From an uncultured delta proteobacterium (GTDB lineage Bacteria; Myxococcota; Myxococcia; Myxococcales; Myxococcaceae), in the NCBI GenBank assembly GCA_963713045.1, contig CAVQKE010000003.1, positions 160,001 to 224,000 on the forward strand: DNA of 64,000 nt, given 5' to 3'. A program made the translations under genes and the position numbers. Below, one piece after another: positions 36,046 through 46,458 of the stretch. The notes under the pieces are model-generated. The model had not been told where the DNA came from and made no database searches. It was given only the letters and a program-made list of their open reading frames with translations. Every line of letters begins with the position of its first letter. Within the stretch, counting starts at the first letter, position 1.

Positions 36046-37550
36046 CGAACTTCCTTTGCAGTCCGGAGCTTCCCGGCATCGGTGGCCCACAGGTGCTGTG
36101 CCGCATACGCCCGCCACGGGCGCCACGGCTCTGCCCGACGGAGCAGGTCGGCCGGCGTCGCTGGAGCGTACGCGCCGGTGGACGCGCCGCGCAGCAACCC
36201 GAGGTCGGTGGCGGGAAAGGCGTCCGGCTCGCGCAGGGCCCGCAGGGCGATGTACTGGGCGGTCCATTCGCCCATACCGCGGATGGAACGCAGCCGGTGG
36301 ATCGCCTCCTCAACCGTCCCCAACGGCTGGAAGAGGTTCGGGTCAGCGATGGCTGCCTCGGCCAGCGCACGGACTGCCGCCCGCCGTGCCGCAGGCATTC
36401 CGAGCGTCCCCAGGTCCGCCGCGGCGACCTGCCGGGCGGTGGGGAAGGCGTGGGTGAGCGCGGAGGCCCGCACCTGATTCCCGGGCAGGCGCGGACCGCA
36501 CAACACCACCAGCCGCCCCGCTAGCCGGCGAGCCGCGACGAGCGAAATCTGCTGGCCGAGAATTGCCCGTACGGCCAGCTCGAATCCCTCCCAGCCGCCC
36601 GGTGCGCGAAGGCCGGGTCGGCGCGCGACGAGCGGGGCGAGGAAGGGATCCTGGGAGAGATGGGCACCGATGGTCTGGATGTCAGCCCCGACGTCGAACA
36701 GGCGCCGCACGGAATCGAGGATGGCGGGCAGGGCCCGAACGCTGGGAAAGCGGATGGTCGCGGCGAGCCCGTTGCGCGCCGGCTGATGCCGGACCTCGAC
36801 GGTGCCCAGCACGCCCGCGTTGGCCACCGTGCGCCGGTAGACGCCTTCCTCCACCTGCTCGACACCGGAGATGGCTCGGGCCTCGAGGTGGGCGAGCATC
36901 GCCGCCCAGTCGTAGGGCGGCCGGTAGCAGAGCCGGAGTGTCAAGCCGGCCTCCACCTCCGGCCGGAGGCCGCCGGCGGACCGCGGAGAGCGCCGCAACT
37001 CGGTGGGCGGGCGGCGGAAGAGCCGACGGAAGGTCTCGTTAAAGCGCCTGACGCTACTGAACCCGGCTGCTAACGCCACCTCGGTCATCGGCAACCGGGT
37101 GTCGTGCAAGAGCTGCTTGGCGAACAGCACCCGCCGGGTCTGGGCGACGGTGATGGGAGAGGCGCCGAGATGCTGCTCGAACAGACGGCGCAGTTGCCGG
37201 CCGCCGAGCCCTACCCGCTCGGCAAGCGCCTCGACGCCGGCCTCCCCTCCATCAAGGGCCCCGTCGGCAATCAACGCCAGGGCCCGCGAGACGCTGGTCG
37301 ACGAGCCGCGCCACGCGCCGACGTCGGGGGCGAGCTCGGGGCGGCAGCGCAGACAGGGACGGAACCCTGCCTCCTGTGCCGCAGCCGCCGAGGCGAAGAA
37401 GCGGCAGTTCTCCTCCCGCGCGGTGCGGGCGGGACAGATCGGCCGGCAGTAGATGCCGGTCGACGTCACCCCCACGAAGAGCCGGCCATCGAAGCGGGCA
37501 TCCCGCGTCTGCAGGGCCCGATGGCAGGCCTGGCGGTCGAGCAAATCCAT
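36042..37550 (-). CDS. alkA: Ada-N/AraC/AlkA fusion (DNA-3-methyladenine glycosylase/regulator)
   Basis: RDARFDG, TGIYCRPIC, GFRPCLRC, AraC HTH, LGQQIS, GMGEWTAQY, WRPWRAYA. Confidence 0.92.
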   Translation of the reverse strand: MDLLDRQACHRALQTRDARFDGRLFVGVTSTGIYCRPICPARTAREENCRFFASAAAAQEAGFRPCLRCRPELAPDVGAWRGSSTSVSRALALIADGALDGGEAGVEALAERVGLGGRQLRRLFEQHLGASPITVAQTRRVLFAKQLLHDTRLPMTEVALAAGFSSVRRFNETFRRLFRRPPTELRRSPRSAGGLRPEVEAGLTLRLCYRPPYDWAAMLAHLEARAISGVEQVEEGVYRRTVANAGVLGTVEVRHQPARNGLAATIRFPSVRALPAILDSVRRLFDVGADIQTIGAHLSQDPFLAPLVARRPGLRAPGGWEGFELAVRAILGQQISLVAARRLAGRLVVLCGPRLPGNQVRASALTHAFPTARQVAAADLGTLGMPAARRAAVRALAEAAIADPNLFQPLGTVEEAIHRLRSIRGMGEWTAQYIALRALREPDAFPATDLGLLRGASTGAYAPATPADLLRRAEPWRPWRAYAAQHLWATDAGKLRTAKEVR

Positions 37551-37819
37551 CGCGTGCAGACTCCCATACCGGACTGGGAGGCGCTCGCGGTTTTCGGACG
37601 TCGACAGCGGGCCCGCACCGCCGCTCGGCCGCCGGCTGTTCGCGGGCTTCGGCCACGTTCTGAAGGATCATGGCTCGGTCGCCTGGCAGCCGTTGGGGTA
37701 GGCGCGCGCTTGGGGTGGGACCAAGTGTTCCTCTCTAGACCTTCGCGGGGAACGTCGCTTGCGTCCTGCGTCTTGGCTGTCGAAAAGGTGGTCTCACTCG
37801 AAGACTCGGGAGGTCGGCC

Positions 37820-38515
37820 ATGGCCGTTCAACCATCGATTGTTCTGGTACACGGGTTCTGGGGAGGAGCCGCACACTGGGCGAAGGTCATCGTGCAGCTC
37901 TCCCGGCTGGGGTACACGTCAATCCACGCCGTCGAGAATCCGTTGACCTCGCTCGCCGACGATGCGGCCCGGACGCGGAAGATGGTCGCCCAGCGCAAAG
38001 GACCGGTGCTCCTCGTCGGTCATTCCTATGGCGGCGCGGTGATTACCGAAGCCGGCAACCAGCCAAACGTGGTGGGGCTCGTCTACATCGCCGCCTTCGC
38101 TCCGGAGGCGGGGGAGAGCCTGGCAGAAATCGGACAGGGGTTTCCGGCGCCGGGCGGGGCGAACGTGTCTGTGGACAGCGACGGGTACGCCTTCATCGAC
38201 CAAGCGAAGTTCCGCGAGAGCTTCTGTCAGGACCTTCCCGCCGACGAGGCGCTGGTGATGGCCGTCACCCAGAAGGCGCCGGTCGCGAGCACCTTCGGCG
38301 ACAAGCTCACCAGCCCGGCCTGGAAAAGCAAGCCGTCCTGGTACCAAGTCTCGAGCGAGGACCGGATGATTGCTCCCGACAACGAGCGTCGGATGGCAGG
38401 ACGCATCGGCGCCCGAAAGGTCATCACCCTCGCCACCGGCCACGCATCCCTGGCCTCGAAGCCGACTGAGGTCTGCGCCTTCATCGACGAGGCTGCGAGA
38501 GCCACCTCCGGCTGA
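37820..38515 (+). CDS. Alpha/beta hydrolase
   Basis: IVLVHGFW, VGHSYGG, VYIAAFAP, DRMI, GHAS. Confidence 0.92.
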   Translation: MAVQPSIVLVHGFWGGAAHWAKVIVQLSRLGYTSIHAVENPLTSLADDAARTRKMVAQRKGPVLLVGHSYGGAVITEAGNQPNVVGLVYIAAFAPEAGESLAEIGQGFPAPGGANVSVDSDGYAFIDQAKFRESFCQDLPADEALVMAVTQKAPVASTFGDKLTSPAWKSKPSWYQVSSEDRMIAPDNERRMAGRIGARKVITLATGHASLASKPTEVCAFIDEAARATSG

Positions 38516-38649
38516 AGACTGGAAAAGCCCATCCAGCGACCGCGCAGAGAGGGCAGACCAGCTTTAATTGAATGCCGCTCGCGCAGTTCCTTCGTCGGCC
38601 GCTCTCCTCCGACTCTCGGGATTTTCTCCGTCCGACACCGGGCGGGCCA

Positions 38650-39141
38650 TCAAGCCGAGCGGAGCAAGTTCACTTTCGGGTGGATGAGGTAACTCAAGCT
38701 ACTGGTGAGGAGCGCGACGCCGACCGCGAGGTTGACCGTGCCTCGCCAGAACAGGGGCGTGCTGCCAAGGTTGAGCGCCAAGCTCACCGCCACCATGACG
38801 CTGATGACGATCCAGCTGCGCGCACCGTAGACGTGGATTGGCCGCAACTTCTCTGTAAAGAGGCCGAGCCTCTCGATGTTGCGGCTGGCAGTCTTGCTCA
38901 AGAGCCAACGACCCTTGGCAAAACCGACGCCGACCGACACTGCGACTCCCAACCCGAGCGAGACAGGCGGCGTTGCTGCCTGACCGGCCTGAAGAAGGCG
39001 GCGTGTCCCAAACACGCAGAGCACCACACCCCCGAGGAGCCACAAGGCAAAGGCCAACCAGGCGAGGTGCCTGGGCGAGAGACGCACTGGCAATGCGAGC
39101 AGGACCAGCGCGACAAACGGCATGATGGGAAGCGTGCGCAT
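38650..39141 (-). CDS. Hypothetical membrane protein
   Basis: About 4 hydrophobic segments. Confidence 0.6.
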   Translation of the reverse strand: MRTLPIMPFVALVLLALPVRLSPRHLAWLAFALWLLGGVVLCVFGTRRLLQAGQAATPPVSLGLGVAVSVGVGFAKGRWLLSKTASRNIERLGLFTEKLRPIHVYGARSWIVISVMVAVSLALNLGSTPLFWRGTVNLAVGVALLTSSLSYLIHPKVNLLRSA

Positions 39142-39251
39142 TGGTAGTCACCGCCTGCTGCGACGACTCTCACCGGTGACGCTGACGCATCGGCGCCTGG
39201 ATGTCGAACGTCTTGTGTCGGCAGCGTAAGCAGTCCGCTTCGGCCCACCTC

Positions 39252-40538
39252 TCACCAGTCAAAGAAATACGAGAATGCCATCCCAACTCCGAAGTCGAAG
39301 GAATCGCCCCGACTGACCGTGTTGAGCGAGAGCTGATACCAGGCGGAGATGGAGAGGTCGTGGTCTCGCCCGATGAGCTTGCCGCCTTGAAAGCGCATGA
39401 CCGGGACGAAGATTTCGTGGATGAAGTCCCACCCGAGCTTGGTGTCAATGGCGATGAAGGTGGTTGACGGCAGATTGAAGACCAAAATCGGCCGCACCGC
39501 GAGCAGATTAACACCGGGGTAGCCGTCAAGTGGCCCGAAGGACTTCACCCAGCTGACCTCCGTCGTCAGCGACACCCAACTGGCGAGCCCGACGGCAATC
39601 GCGTAGACGGGTGAGATAAGCCATGGCGCTCCAACCGAGGACTCGGTGGCGCTGTTCCATTGCAGCGCGACCGCGGCGTACTGGCGGATGCCCCCGTGCG
39701 CATAAAACGCCCAGCCAAACGCGGTGTTGATGTCGGCCACGCCAGTGGCCGCAGGGACACCTGAGTACGGGAAGGCCGCCGCCACCGGAACCTTGAACTG
39801 GAGAGCGAACTCGCTGTTCGGTCCGAAGACAAACAGCGGAGTAAACGTAAGAATGTCAAAGTTGACCGGCTTATTCGCCAAACTCTGGAAGTAGTCGAAT
39901 GAGAGAGCGATTTGGTTTCGTGAGAAGGCGACAGTGTTGAGACCCTGAAGAATCGCTACCGTGTCCTGGATTCTCGCCTCGCTTGTCATTTCATCGACCG
40001 TGTCCACCAAGGTCGCTGCCTCAGTGGCAATGGCGGGGTTGGCTGACTTGCAGCTCGCGGAGAGCTCAGCTCGATTGGCATCGAGGCATGCGAGAAGCTC
40101 ACCGGCGCGTGTGGCGGCTGGGCAAAGCCTTGCCACGTCCGGTTGGCATTTGCTCTCCAGTTCCTTTACCTCTTGCCGAGCCGTTTCGAGCCTGTTCACC
40201 TGGGCGAGACACTGCGGAGACAAAGCATAGTCATTCCGCGACAGGCACTTGAGGAGTCGACCTTCGCCGTGCGGCACATTGCTGCAGACCCGTTCGGCGT
40301 CACTCCCACACGCGCCGAAAAATTCGGCAATGATGGTCTTCGCCGTCTTGGTGTCGTCTTCGAGCTTCGCCTGGCAGCCGGGCGAAACTTCTTTGGTATG
40401 TTGTTGAAGACATGCGTTGACGCGTCCACTCCCAGGTTTGACGTCCGCGCAGAAGCGCTTCACGTCTTCCGAACAGGGCTGCTGGGCATGGGCGACAGCG
40501 CCCAGCAAACAGATAAAAGAGATGGTTAGCCGATGCAT
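39252..40538 (-). CDS. Secreted protein: three cysteine-rich (GLG1-like) repeats fused to a putative outer-membrane beta-barrel
   Basis: Signal peptide; 3 x CxxDxxRxC...CL......SxxC; amphipathic strands; ends FSYFFDW. Confidence 0.7.
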   Translation of the reverse strand: MHRLTISFICLLGAVAHAQQPCSEDVKRFCADVKPGSGRVNACLQQHTKEVSPGCQAKLEDDTKTAKTIIAEFFGACGSDAERVCSNVPHGEGRLLKCLSRNDYALSPQCLAQVNRLETARQEVKELESKCQPDVARLCPAATRAGELLACLDANRAELSASCKSANPAIATEAATLVDTVDEMTSEARIQDTVAILQGLNTVAFSRNQIALSFDYFQSLANKPVNFDILTFTPLFVFGPNSEFALQFKVPVAAAFPYSGVPAATGVADINTAFGWAFYAHGGIRQYAAVALQWNSATESSVGAPWLISPVYAIAVGLASWVSLTTEVSWVKSFGPLDGYPGVNLLAVRPILVFNLPSTTFIAIDTKLGWDFIHEIFVPVMRFQGGKLIGRDHDLSISAWYQLSLNTVSRGDSFDFGVGMAFSYFFDW

Positions 40539-40925
40539 GCCGGTCTCCCCTCAAACGCCATGTGGCGCCGGTCACTCCCACGCCCTCTTGGAAGTCCCGA
40601 CTCCCCCACCCTCTACAGCCCTGACTTCCGGAGCGCACTCGGCCTGACATTCCGGACGTCGCTCCTTGACTTGGCTCGCCGGAAGCAGCGGATTCCGCAC
40701 TGCGCCCAACCAACCCGCCGCCGCTCGGCTCAGCGAGTTGCTCGGGAGCATGCCGGCGAGAATCGAGAAACGGCAAGCGTCTTCGACGGGACGCGACAGG
40801 AAGCGGCGCTCGGGGCCGGTCGGTGGTTCCGCGCGAACGGCTGTGCAGCGTCTCCCGCAGTAGGTGGCTGAGCCTTTCTGCGTGGCACTTGCCGCGGTGT
40901 GGTAATCGAGCGGCACTTTTGTCAC

Positions 40926-43616
40926 ATGGGTTGTGCAGTCAGCCGAACCTTGAGAGACCCGAAACCCGTGCTTGGGCAAACTCTCAGCGACGTCAGCGGA
41001 CGCCCTGCTGGAGACAGCCAGCCCAACAAAGACGGCTCGGCCGTACGCTCGCTAAGCGCCGCGCGACTTCGCAACGCCGCTGCGGCCTCGGTCGAGCAGC
41101 TCTTCCAGACGCTCCAGACAGGGCCAGAGGGGCTTTCGGCCGGCGTGGCCGAGGAGCGACTTGTCACCGGTGGCCCCAACCAGGTCGCTCACGAACGGGC
41201 GCTTTCCTGGTACCTCCAGCTATGGCACGGCTTCGCCAACGCCTTCTCCGCCCTGCTCGCGGTGCTGGCCACCGTCTCCTGGTTCACTGGCGACAAAGAG
41301 TCGGCACTCATCATTGCCGCGATGGTCCTGTTGAGTGGCCTTCTACGTTTCTTTCAGGAGCGCCGGGCCAGTCTCGCCGCTCAGAAATTACAGGAGATGG
41401 TCCGCGTCACCTGCACGGTCATCCGTTCGGACGAGGACAGGACGGTCGCCGAGCGAGAGGTTCCCATCAAGGAGCTGGTGCCGGGCGACCTGGTGAAGCT
41501 TTCGGCCGGCGACATGATTCCGGCGGACCTTCGTTTGGTCTCGGCCAAGGACCTCTTCGTCGCCCAGTCTGCAATGACTGGAGAGGCGCTGCCGGTTGAG
41601 AAGACGGCGGCCAGCATCGTCTCACCCGCCACCAACCCCCTCGAGCTGAGCAACATCGCCTTTCTCGGCACCAACGTAACGAGCGGGACTGCGCTCGGGC
41701 TGGTCGTCAACACCGGTCAGGCCACCTACTTTGGCCGCATTGCCGAGAGTCTGACCGGACGACGTGGCCTCACCAGCTTCGAGCAAGGCATTTGCGGCGT
41801 CAGCCTCCTGCTACTGCGCTTCATGGCGGTCATGACCGTGCTGGTTTTCCTCATCAACGGCTTCACAAAGCACGACTGGAAGGAGGCTTTCTTCTTTGCG
41901 CTCGCGGTCGCCGTCGGCCTCACCCCAGAGATGCTCCCGATGATTGTCTCCGGCACGCTCGCCATTGGCGCAGTTTCGATGTCCAAAAAGAAGGTCATCG
42001 TCAAGCGGTTGAACTCAATTCCAAACTTCGGCGCGATGGACGTCCTCTGTACCGACAAGACCGGGACCCTCACCGAAGACCGCGTGGTCCTCGAGATGCA
42101 TTGCGACGTCGTGCGCGAAGAGGACGAGGGCGTTTATGAATTGGCCTACTTCAATTCCTACTACCAGACCGGGCTTAAGAATTTGCTCGACAAGGCGCTG
42201 CTGGCACACGGAAGCGTCCCCACCACGCAGGTGACGAAAGTCGATGAGATTCCATTCGACTTCTCTCGCCGCATCATGTCAGTCGTGGTTGACATCGATG
42301 GACGCAGGAAGCTCATCGCTAAAGGTGCACCGGAGGCAATCTTCAATCGCTGCTCTCGGGTCGAAGTCAACGGTGAAGTGCAGGACCTTGACCCGCTGCT
42401 CCTGCCCGACCTGGGAGAGGAGCTGGACCATCTCCAGGCACAGGGTTTCCGCGTTTTAGCCATCGCCTACAAGGACGTGCCATCAGACCGGGCGGTCTTC
42501 ACCGGCCAGGACGAGAACGAATTGGTGCTTCGTGGGTACGTCGCCTTCCTCGACCCTCCCAAACAGTCCACCCGCCAAGCGCTGGCGGCACTCGACAAGC
42601 ACGGCGTTCACGTCAAGGTGCTGACCGGTGACAACGACATCGTCGCGAAAAAAATCTGCTCCGATGTCGGCCTCACCGTCGGGCGCGTCGTCCTTGGGCG
42701 CGATGTCGAAGCGGCGACCGACCACGAACTGGAGGAGCTGGTTGACCAAGCCATCCTCTTCGCCCGGCTCGCCCCTGCCCACAAGGAGCGGGTCGTCCAC
42801 GCCCTCCAGCGGAAAGGGCATGTCGTCGGTTTCATGGGGGACGGCATCAACGATGCGCCAGCGCTTCGAGCCGCTGACGTCGGCATTTCTGTCGACAACG
42901 CGGTCGACATCGCGAAGGAGTCCGCCGACCTCATTCTTCTGCAGAAGGACCTCCTGGTCTTGGAGGACGGCGTTTTGGAGGGTCGCCGGGTCTTTGGCAA
43001 CATGGCCAAGTACATCAAGATGGGCACGAGCTCGAACTTCGGAAATATGTTTTCCGTCATCGGGGCGAGTGCTTTTCTCCCCTTTTTGCCGATGATGCCG
43101 ATTCAGCTTTTGACGCAGAACCTGCTCTACGACTTTTCACAACTCGCGATTCCGTTTGATCGCGTTGACGACGATTACCTACTGAGCCCTCGGCGCTGGA
43201 AAATCGATGACATTGGGCGCTTCATGCTCCACTTCGGGCCGGTCAGTTCCGTCTTTGATTACGTCACCTTCGCTGTGCTTTTTTTTATTTTCAAGGCGAA
43301 CAGCCCGGAGCACCAAGCTCTCTTTCAGTCCGGTTGGTTTGTCGAGGGCCTGCTCTCCCAGACACTGATTGTCCATATGATTCGAACTCGGAAGATTCCC
43401 TTCATTCAAAGCCGGCCGGCGCTCGCCTTGGCGCTTTCGACGCTGGCCGTCATGGCCGTTGGAATTTTGCTGCCCTTTACCCGCCTTGGGCACTCCTTGG
43501 GAATGGTCCCATTGCCCCTGCAATTCTTTGGCTGGTTGGCGCTGATTCTTCTGGCGTATGTAATTTTAGCTCAAATTGTTAAAATGTGGTTCGTGCGTCG
43601 CTACGGCTACAACTGA
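40926..43616 (+). CDS. mgtA: Mg2+-importing P-type ATPase (start uncertain)
   Basis: TGEALP, VGLTPEMLPMI, DKTGT, QTGLKNLLD, GDGINDAP, ESADLIL, SSNFGNMFS, FQSGWFVEGLLSQTL. Confidence 0.95.
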   Translation: MGCAVSRTLRDPKPVLGQTLSDVSGRPAGDSQPNKDGSAVRSLSAARLRNAAAASVEQLFQTLQTGPEGLSAGVAEERLVTGGPNQVAHERALSWYLQLWHGFANAFSALLAVLATVSWFTGDKESALIIAAMVLLSGLLRFFQERRASLAAQKLQEMVRVTCTVIRSDEDRTVAEREVPIKELVPGDLVKLSAGDMIPADLRLVSAKDLFVAQSAMTGEALPVEKTAASIVSPATNPLELSNIAFLGTNVTSGTALGLVVNTGQATYFGRIAESLTGRRGLTSFEQGICGVSLLLLRFMAVMTVLVFLINGFTKHDWKEAFFFALAVAVGLTPEMLPMIVSGTLAIGAVSMSKKKVIVKRLNSIPNFGAMDVLCTDKTGTLTEDRVVLEMHCDVVREEDEGVYELAYFNSYYQTGLKNLLDKALLAHGSVPTTQVTKVDEIPFDFSRRIMSVVVDIDGRRKLIAKGAPEAIFNRCSRVEVNGEVQDLDPLLLPDLGEELDHLQAQGFRVLAIAYKDVPSDRAVFTGQDENELVLRGYVAFLDPPKQSTRQALAALDKHGVHVKVLTGDNDIVAKKICSDVGLTVGRVVLGRDVEAATDHELEELVDQAILFARLAPAHKERVVHALQRKGHVVGFMGDGINDAPALRAADVGISVDNAVDIAKESADLILLQKDLLVLEDGVLEGRRVFGNMAKYIKMGTSSNFGNMFSVIGASAFLPFLPMMPIQLLTQNLLYDFSQLAIPFDRVDDDYLLSPRRWKIDDIGRFMLHFGPVSSVFDYVTFAVLFFIFKANSPEHQALFQSGWFVEGLLSQTLIVHMIRTRKIPFIQSRPALALALSTLAVMAVGILLPFTRLGHSLGMVPLPLQFFGWLALILLAYVILAQIVKMWFVRRYGYN

Positions 43617-43774
43617 GCGCCTTGGCACTGGCAGCAACTCAAGGCACTCACAAGAACAAGCCGCGTTCGGCCACAAAGTGACGAACCGGTTGGCCAAAGG
43701 GGGGCGCACACAGGGCTTTCGAAGGCCGCTATGGAGCCCTGACTGACCGACCGTAGGCGGGCGGAGGGGCAGTG

Positions 43775-44473
43775 CTACGCCGAGCGAAGTCGGTCACGCC
43801 GGGTGACGCGTCCCTGGTCGTCCTCAATCAACAGGACATCGGCCTCCTTCAGAAAGAGGCCGTGGCCAATGACCCCCGGGAGCGCGTCGATTGACACTCG
43901 CAGTTGCTCCAAGTCCACGGCCGGGGACAACACCGCATCGATGATTGGGTTGCCGTTGTCGGTTTCATAGACGGCGCCGCCCGGCTTCAATCGCAGGGGC
44001 CCGTCGAGTCCTAACTGCCGCAGCGCGCGCCGCGTGGAGGCCAGACCGAAGCGCAGCACTTCGACTGGGAGTGGAGCGCCCTCTCCCAATTGCGAAACCA
44101 ACTTCGTGGATTGGATGAGGTAGACCCGGCGCGCTGAGGCGTCCGCGACAATCTTCTCTCGGGTCATCGCGCCTCCCCGCCCTTTTATCATCCGCATCGC
44201 CGGGTCTACGGCGTCGGCGCCGTCGAAGAGGTAGTCGACCGCCTCCACACTTTCCATCGCCCTCACGTCCAGGCCGAGACTGCGGCCAAGGGCGTCCGAT
44301 TCCTGGCTGGTGGCGACGCAAACCAGGGTGAGGTGCTCGGCCGACGCCCGCCGGGCGAGCGCCCGGATGGCCCGCGTCGCAGCTCGCCCAGTGCCGAGGC
44401 CAACCGTCAGTCCGTTTCGAATCTCCTCGACGGCAGCAGCAGCCAATGCATCGACACCGGTGACGCTCCTCAC
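43775..44473 (-). CDS. rpiA: Ribose-5-phosphate isomerase A
   Basis: VGLGTG, VATS, DGAD, IKGRGGAMTREKIV, PVEV, TDNGN.I.D, PGVIGHGLF. Confidence 0.93.
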   Translation of the reverse strand: MRSVTGVDALAAAAVEEIRNGLTVGLGTGRAATRAIRALARRASAEHLTLVCVATSQESDALGRSLGLDVRAMESVEAVDYLFDGADAVDPAMRMIKGRGGAMTREKIVADASARRVYLIQSTKLVSQLGEGAPLPVEVLRFGLASTRRALRQLGLDGPLRLKPGGAVYETDNGNPIIDAVLSPAVDLEQLRVSIDALPGVIGHGLFLKEADVLLIEDDQGRVTRRDRLRSA

Positions 44474-44588
44474 AGCGCATTCCTCCCCTCGGGCAATTCA
44501 AGCCCAAAGTCTAGCAATCCTCGACGAATGGAAGCCTCAGTTTCGCCGACGACGCGGCGGCCCGACGGCCTGCGATTTGGCCGTCCTG

Positions 44589-45347
44589 TCAGTGTCCATG
44601 TCGGCCGGTGCCCCCGCTGAAGCGCAGCGCGCCGGCCGTCGTCTCTCCGGAGGCCAGCGTCGCCAGCCCAAGTCTCACCTCGTTTCGCATCGCTTGCTCG
44701 TGTGGCAAGTCGAGACACTCGAGCATCGAGAGACGGTCGTTGCGAAGGCAAAACTGGGGCAACGCGCTCAGCTCGCGCGCCAGCTGTACCGACGCGGCAA
44801 GCGCCTCTCCGGCTGCCACCACCCGGTTGGCCAATCCCATCGCCAGTGCCTCGTCGGCGGAGACGGGCCGCCCTGTCAAGACCAGGTCCATCGCACGGCT
44901 GAGCCCCAAGAGGCGTGGCAGCCGAACGGTTCCCAAGTCCACAAGCGGCACACCGAAACGGCGGCAAAACACCCCAAAGACAGCCGTTGTGGAGGCGACG
45001 CGCAGGTCGCACCACAGGGCCAATTCCAGGCCCCCAGCGACTGCATAACCCTCCACCGCGGCAATCACCGGCTTGGAGAGGCGCATCCGGGTGGGGCCCA
45101 TTGGCCCGTCGCCCTCGGGAAGGACCGGTCGCGCCTCGCCCTCGGCGAGGGCCTTGAGGTCGGCGCCGGCGCAGAAGGTCCCGCCTGCCCCGTAGAGAAC
45201 GGCAACGGATGCGGTCGCGTCAGCGTCAAACCGTCGAAATGCATTCGCCAAAGCCAACGCGCTGGCGGCATCCACCGCGTTTCGACGTTCCGGCCGGTTC
45301 AAGGTGACGACAGCAACCGAATCTGCAACTGCGTACTCGACACTCAT
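44589..45347 (-). CDS. Enoyl-CoA hydratase/crotonase family
   Basis: NRPERRNAVD, FCAGADL, AVAGGLELAL, FCRRFGVPL.D.GTVRL. Confidence 0.92.
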   Translation of the reverse strand: MSVEYAVADSVAVVTLNRPERRNAVDAASALALANAFRRFDADATASVAVLYGAGGTFCAGADLKALAEGEARPVLPEGDGPMGPTRMRLSKPVIAAVEGYAVAGGLELALWCDLRVASTTAVFGVFCRRFGVPLVDLGTVRLPRLLGLSRAMDLVLTGRPVSADEALAMGLANRVVAAGEALAASVQLARELSALPQFCLRNDRLSMLECLDLPHEQAMRNEVRLGLATLASGETTAGALRFSGGTGRHGH

Positions 45348-45654
45348 CGACGCGACCCCCGCGCCGAGCGTCTAGTGCCTCCTTGCACCGCCTTCAATCG
45401 CTTCAAGACTGGCGGCGCGGGCCGAGCGGCAGTCTCTGCCGTCCAGCCACGGACGAAGCGGCCTCTCCGCTGACGGTGGAAGGCTATTCAGCGAGACGGC
45501 CAGTGAATCCGAACACTTAGGACATTCAGCCCCGGGGAGAATAGCGTGCGGCTCGGTGCGTCGAATGCGTTAGGTAGAAGATGGGGGAACGGCGGATGCA
45601 GTCCGATGGTACGGCGCGGAAGCCCGCGCTAAGGAAGTGGAAGGCGGTGTGACG

Positions 45655-46458
45655 ATGAAAGCGCTTCTTGCAGTTCTTCTGCTGCTGAGTCCGGCGCTCG
45701 CAGGGGCAGATGACTCCACCCCCAGCGTCGTCCAGCCCGCCTCGCCACAGCCGACGATGCTACCGCCCCAGCCTCCGGACAGCCCGGCGCCGCCGCCTGA
45801 GCAGCAGCAGGAAGTGGCCGACCAAGCCCCGGCCACTGGCCAGTGGGTTTACACCGGGCAGTATGGGTGGGTCTGGATGCCGTACGGAAATTCGTACACG
45901 TACCTGCCGACCGATGGTGGGTCCCCGGACATGTATGTGTACTACCCCAGCGTGGGTTGGTGCTGGGTGGTGGCGCCGTGGATTTGGGGCTGGGGCCCAT
46001 CGCCCTACTTCGGTTACTACGGCACAGGAGGCTATGGCTGGTACGGGTACGGTTATGGCCATTGGTATGGCTACTCTGGCGCCTACGGGAACTGGTACGG
46101 CCGCGGCTATTGGTCTGGCGGGAGCTGGCACGGCCCGGCGCACGGCTACCCGACGCCGTACCACCCTGCTTCTCCCCGGAGTGGATACGGCTATGCGACG
46201 TCTCACGGCGCCTCCACCGTCGGCCGGGGCTACTACGCGGCACCCCGCAGCGCCGGCTACGCCGCGCCCCGCGGCGCCGGTTTTGGCGCACCCCGTAGCA
46301 GCTTCGGCGGCAGTAGTAGCTTCGCGGGACACTCCGCGGGTTTTGCCTCGCATTCTGCGGGCGGCTTCGGCGGCCACGCCGGCGGAGGTTTTGGCGGGGG
46401 CGGCGGTGGGGGCCACGGGGGCGGCGGTGGGGGCCATGGAGGCGGTGGCCACCGCTAA
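45655..46458 (+). CDS. Secreted Pro-rich / Gly-Tyr-Trp-rich protein, paralog A
   Basis: Signal peptide, Pro/Gln linker, GQWVYT.QYGW.WMPYG core, Gly-rich tail ending GGGHR. Confidence 0.8.
   Translation: MKALLAVLLLLSPALAGADDSTPSVVQPASPQPTMLPPQPPDSPAPPPEQQQEVADQAPATGQWVYTGQYGWVWMPYGNSYTYLPTDGGSPDMYVYYPSVGWCWVVAPWIWGWGPSPYFGYYGTGGYGWYGYGYGHWYGYSGAYGNWYGRGYWSGGSWHGPAHGYPTPYHPASPRSGYGYATSHGASTVGRGYYAAPRSAGYAAPRGAGFGAPRSSFGGSSSFAGHSAGFASHSAGGFGGHAGGGFGGGGGGGHGGGGGGHGGGGHR

Noticed and set aside
40540..40925. Mg2+ riboswitch or mgtL leader upstream of mgtA
   Set aside because: Could not match M-box consensus or a convincing Pro-rich leader by eye; needs an Rfam search
43672..43690. CACAAAGTGACGAACC as a fifth motif copy
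   Set aside because: Only GTGACGAA matches; the second TTTGT half and the att core are missing
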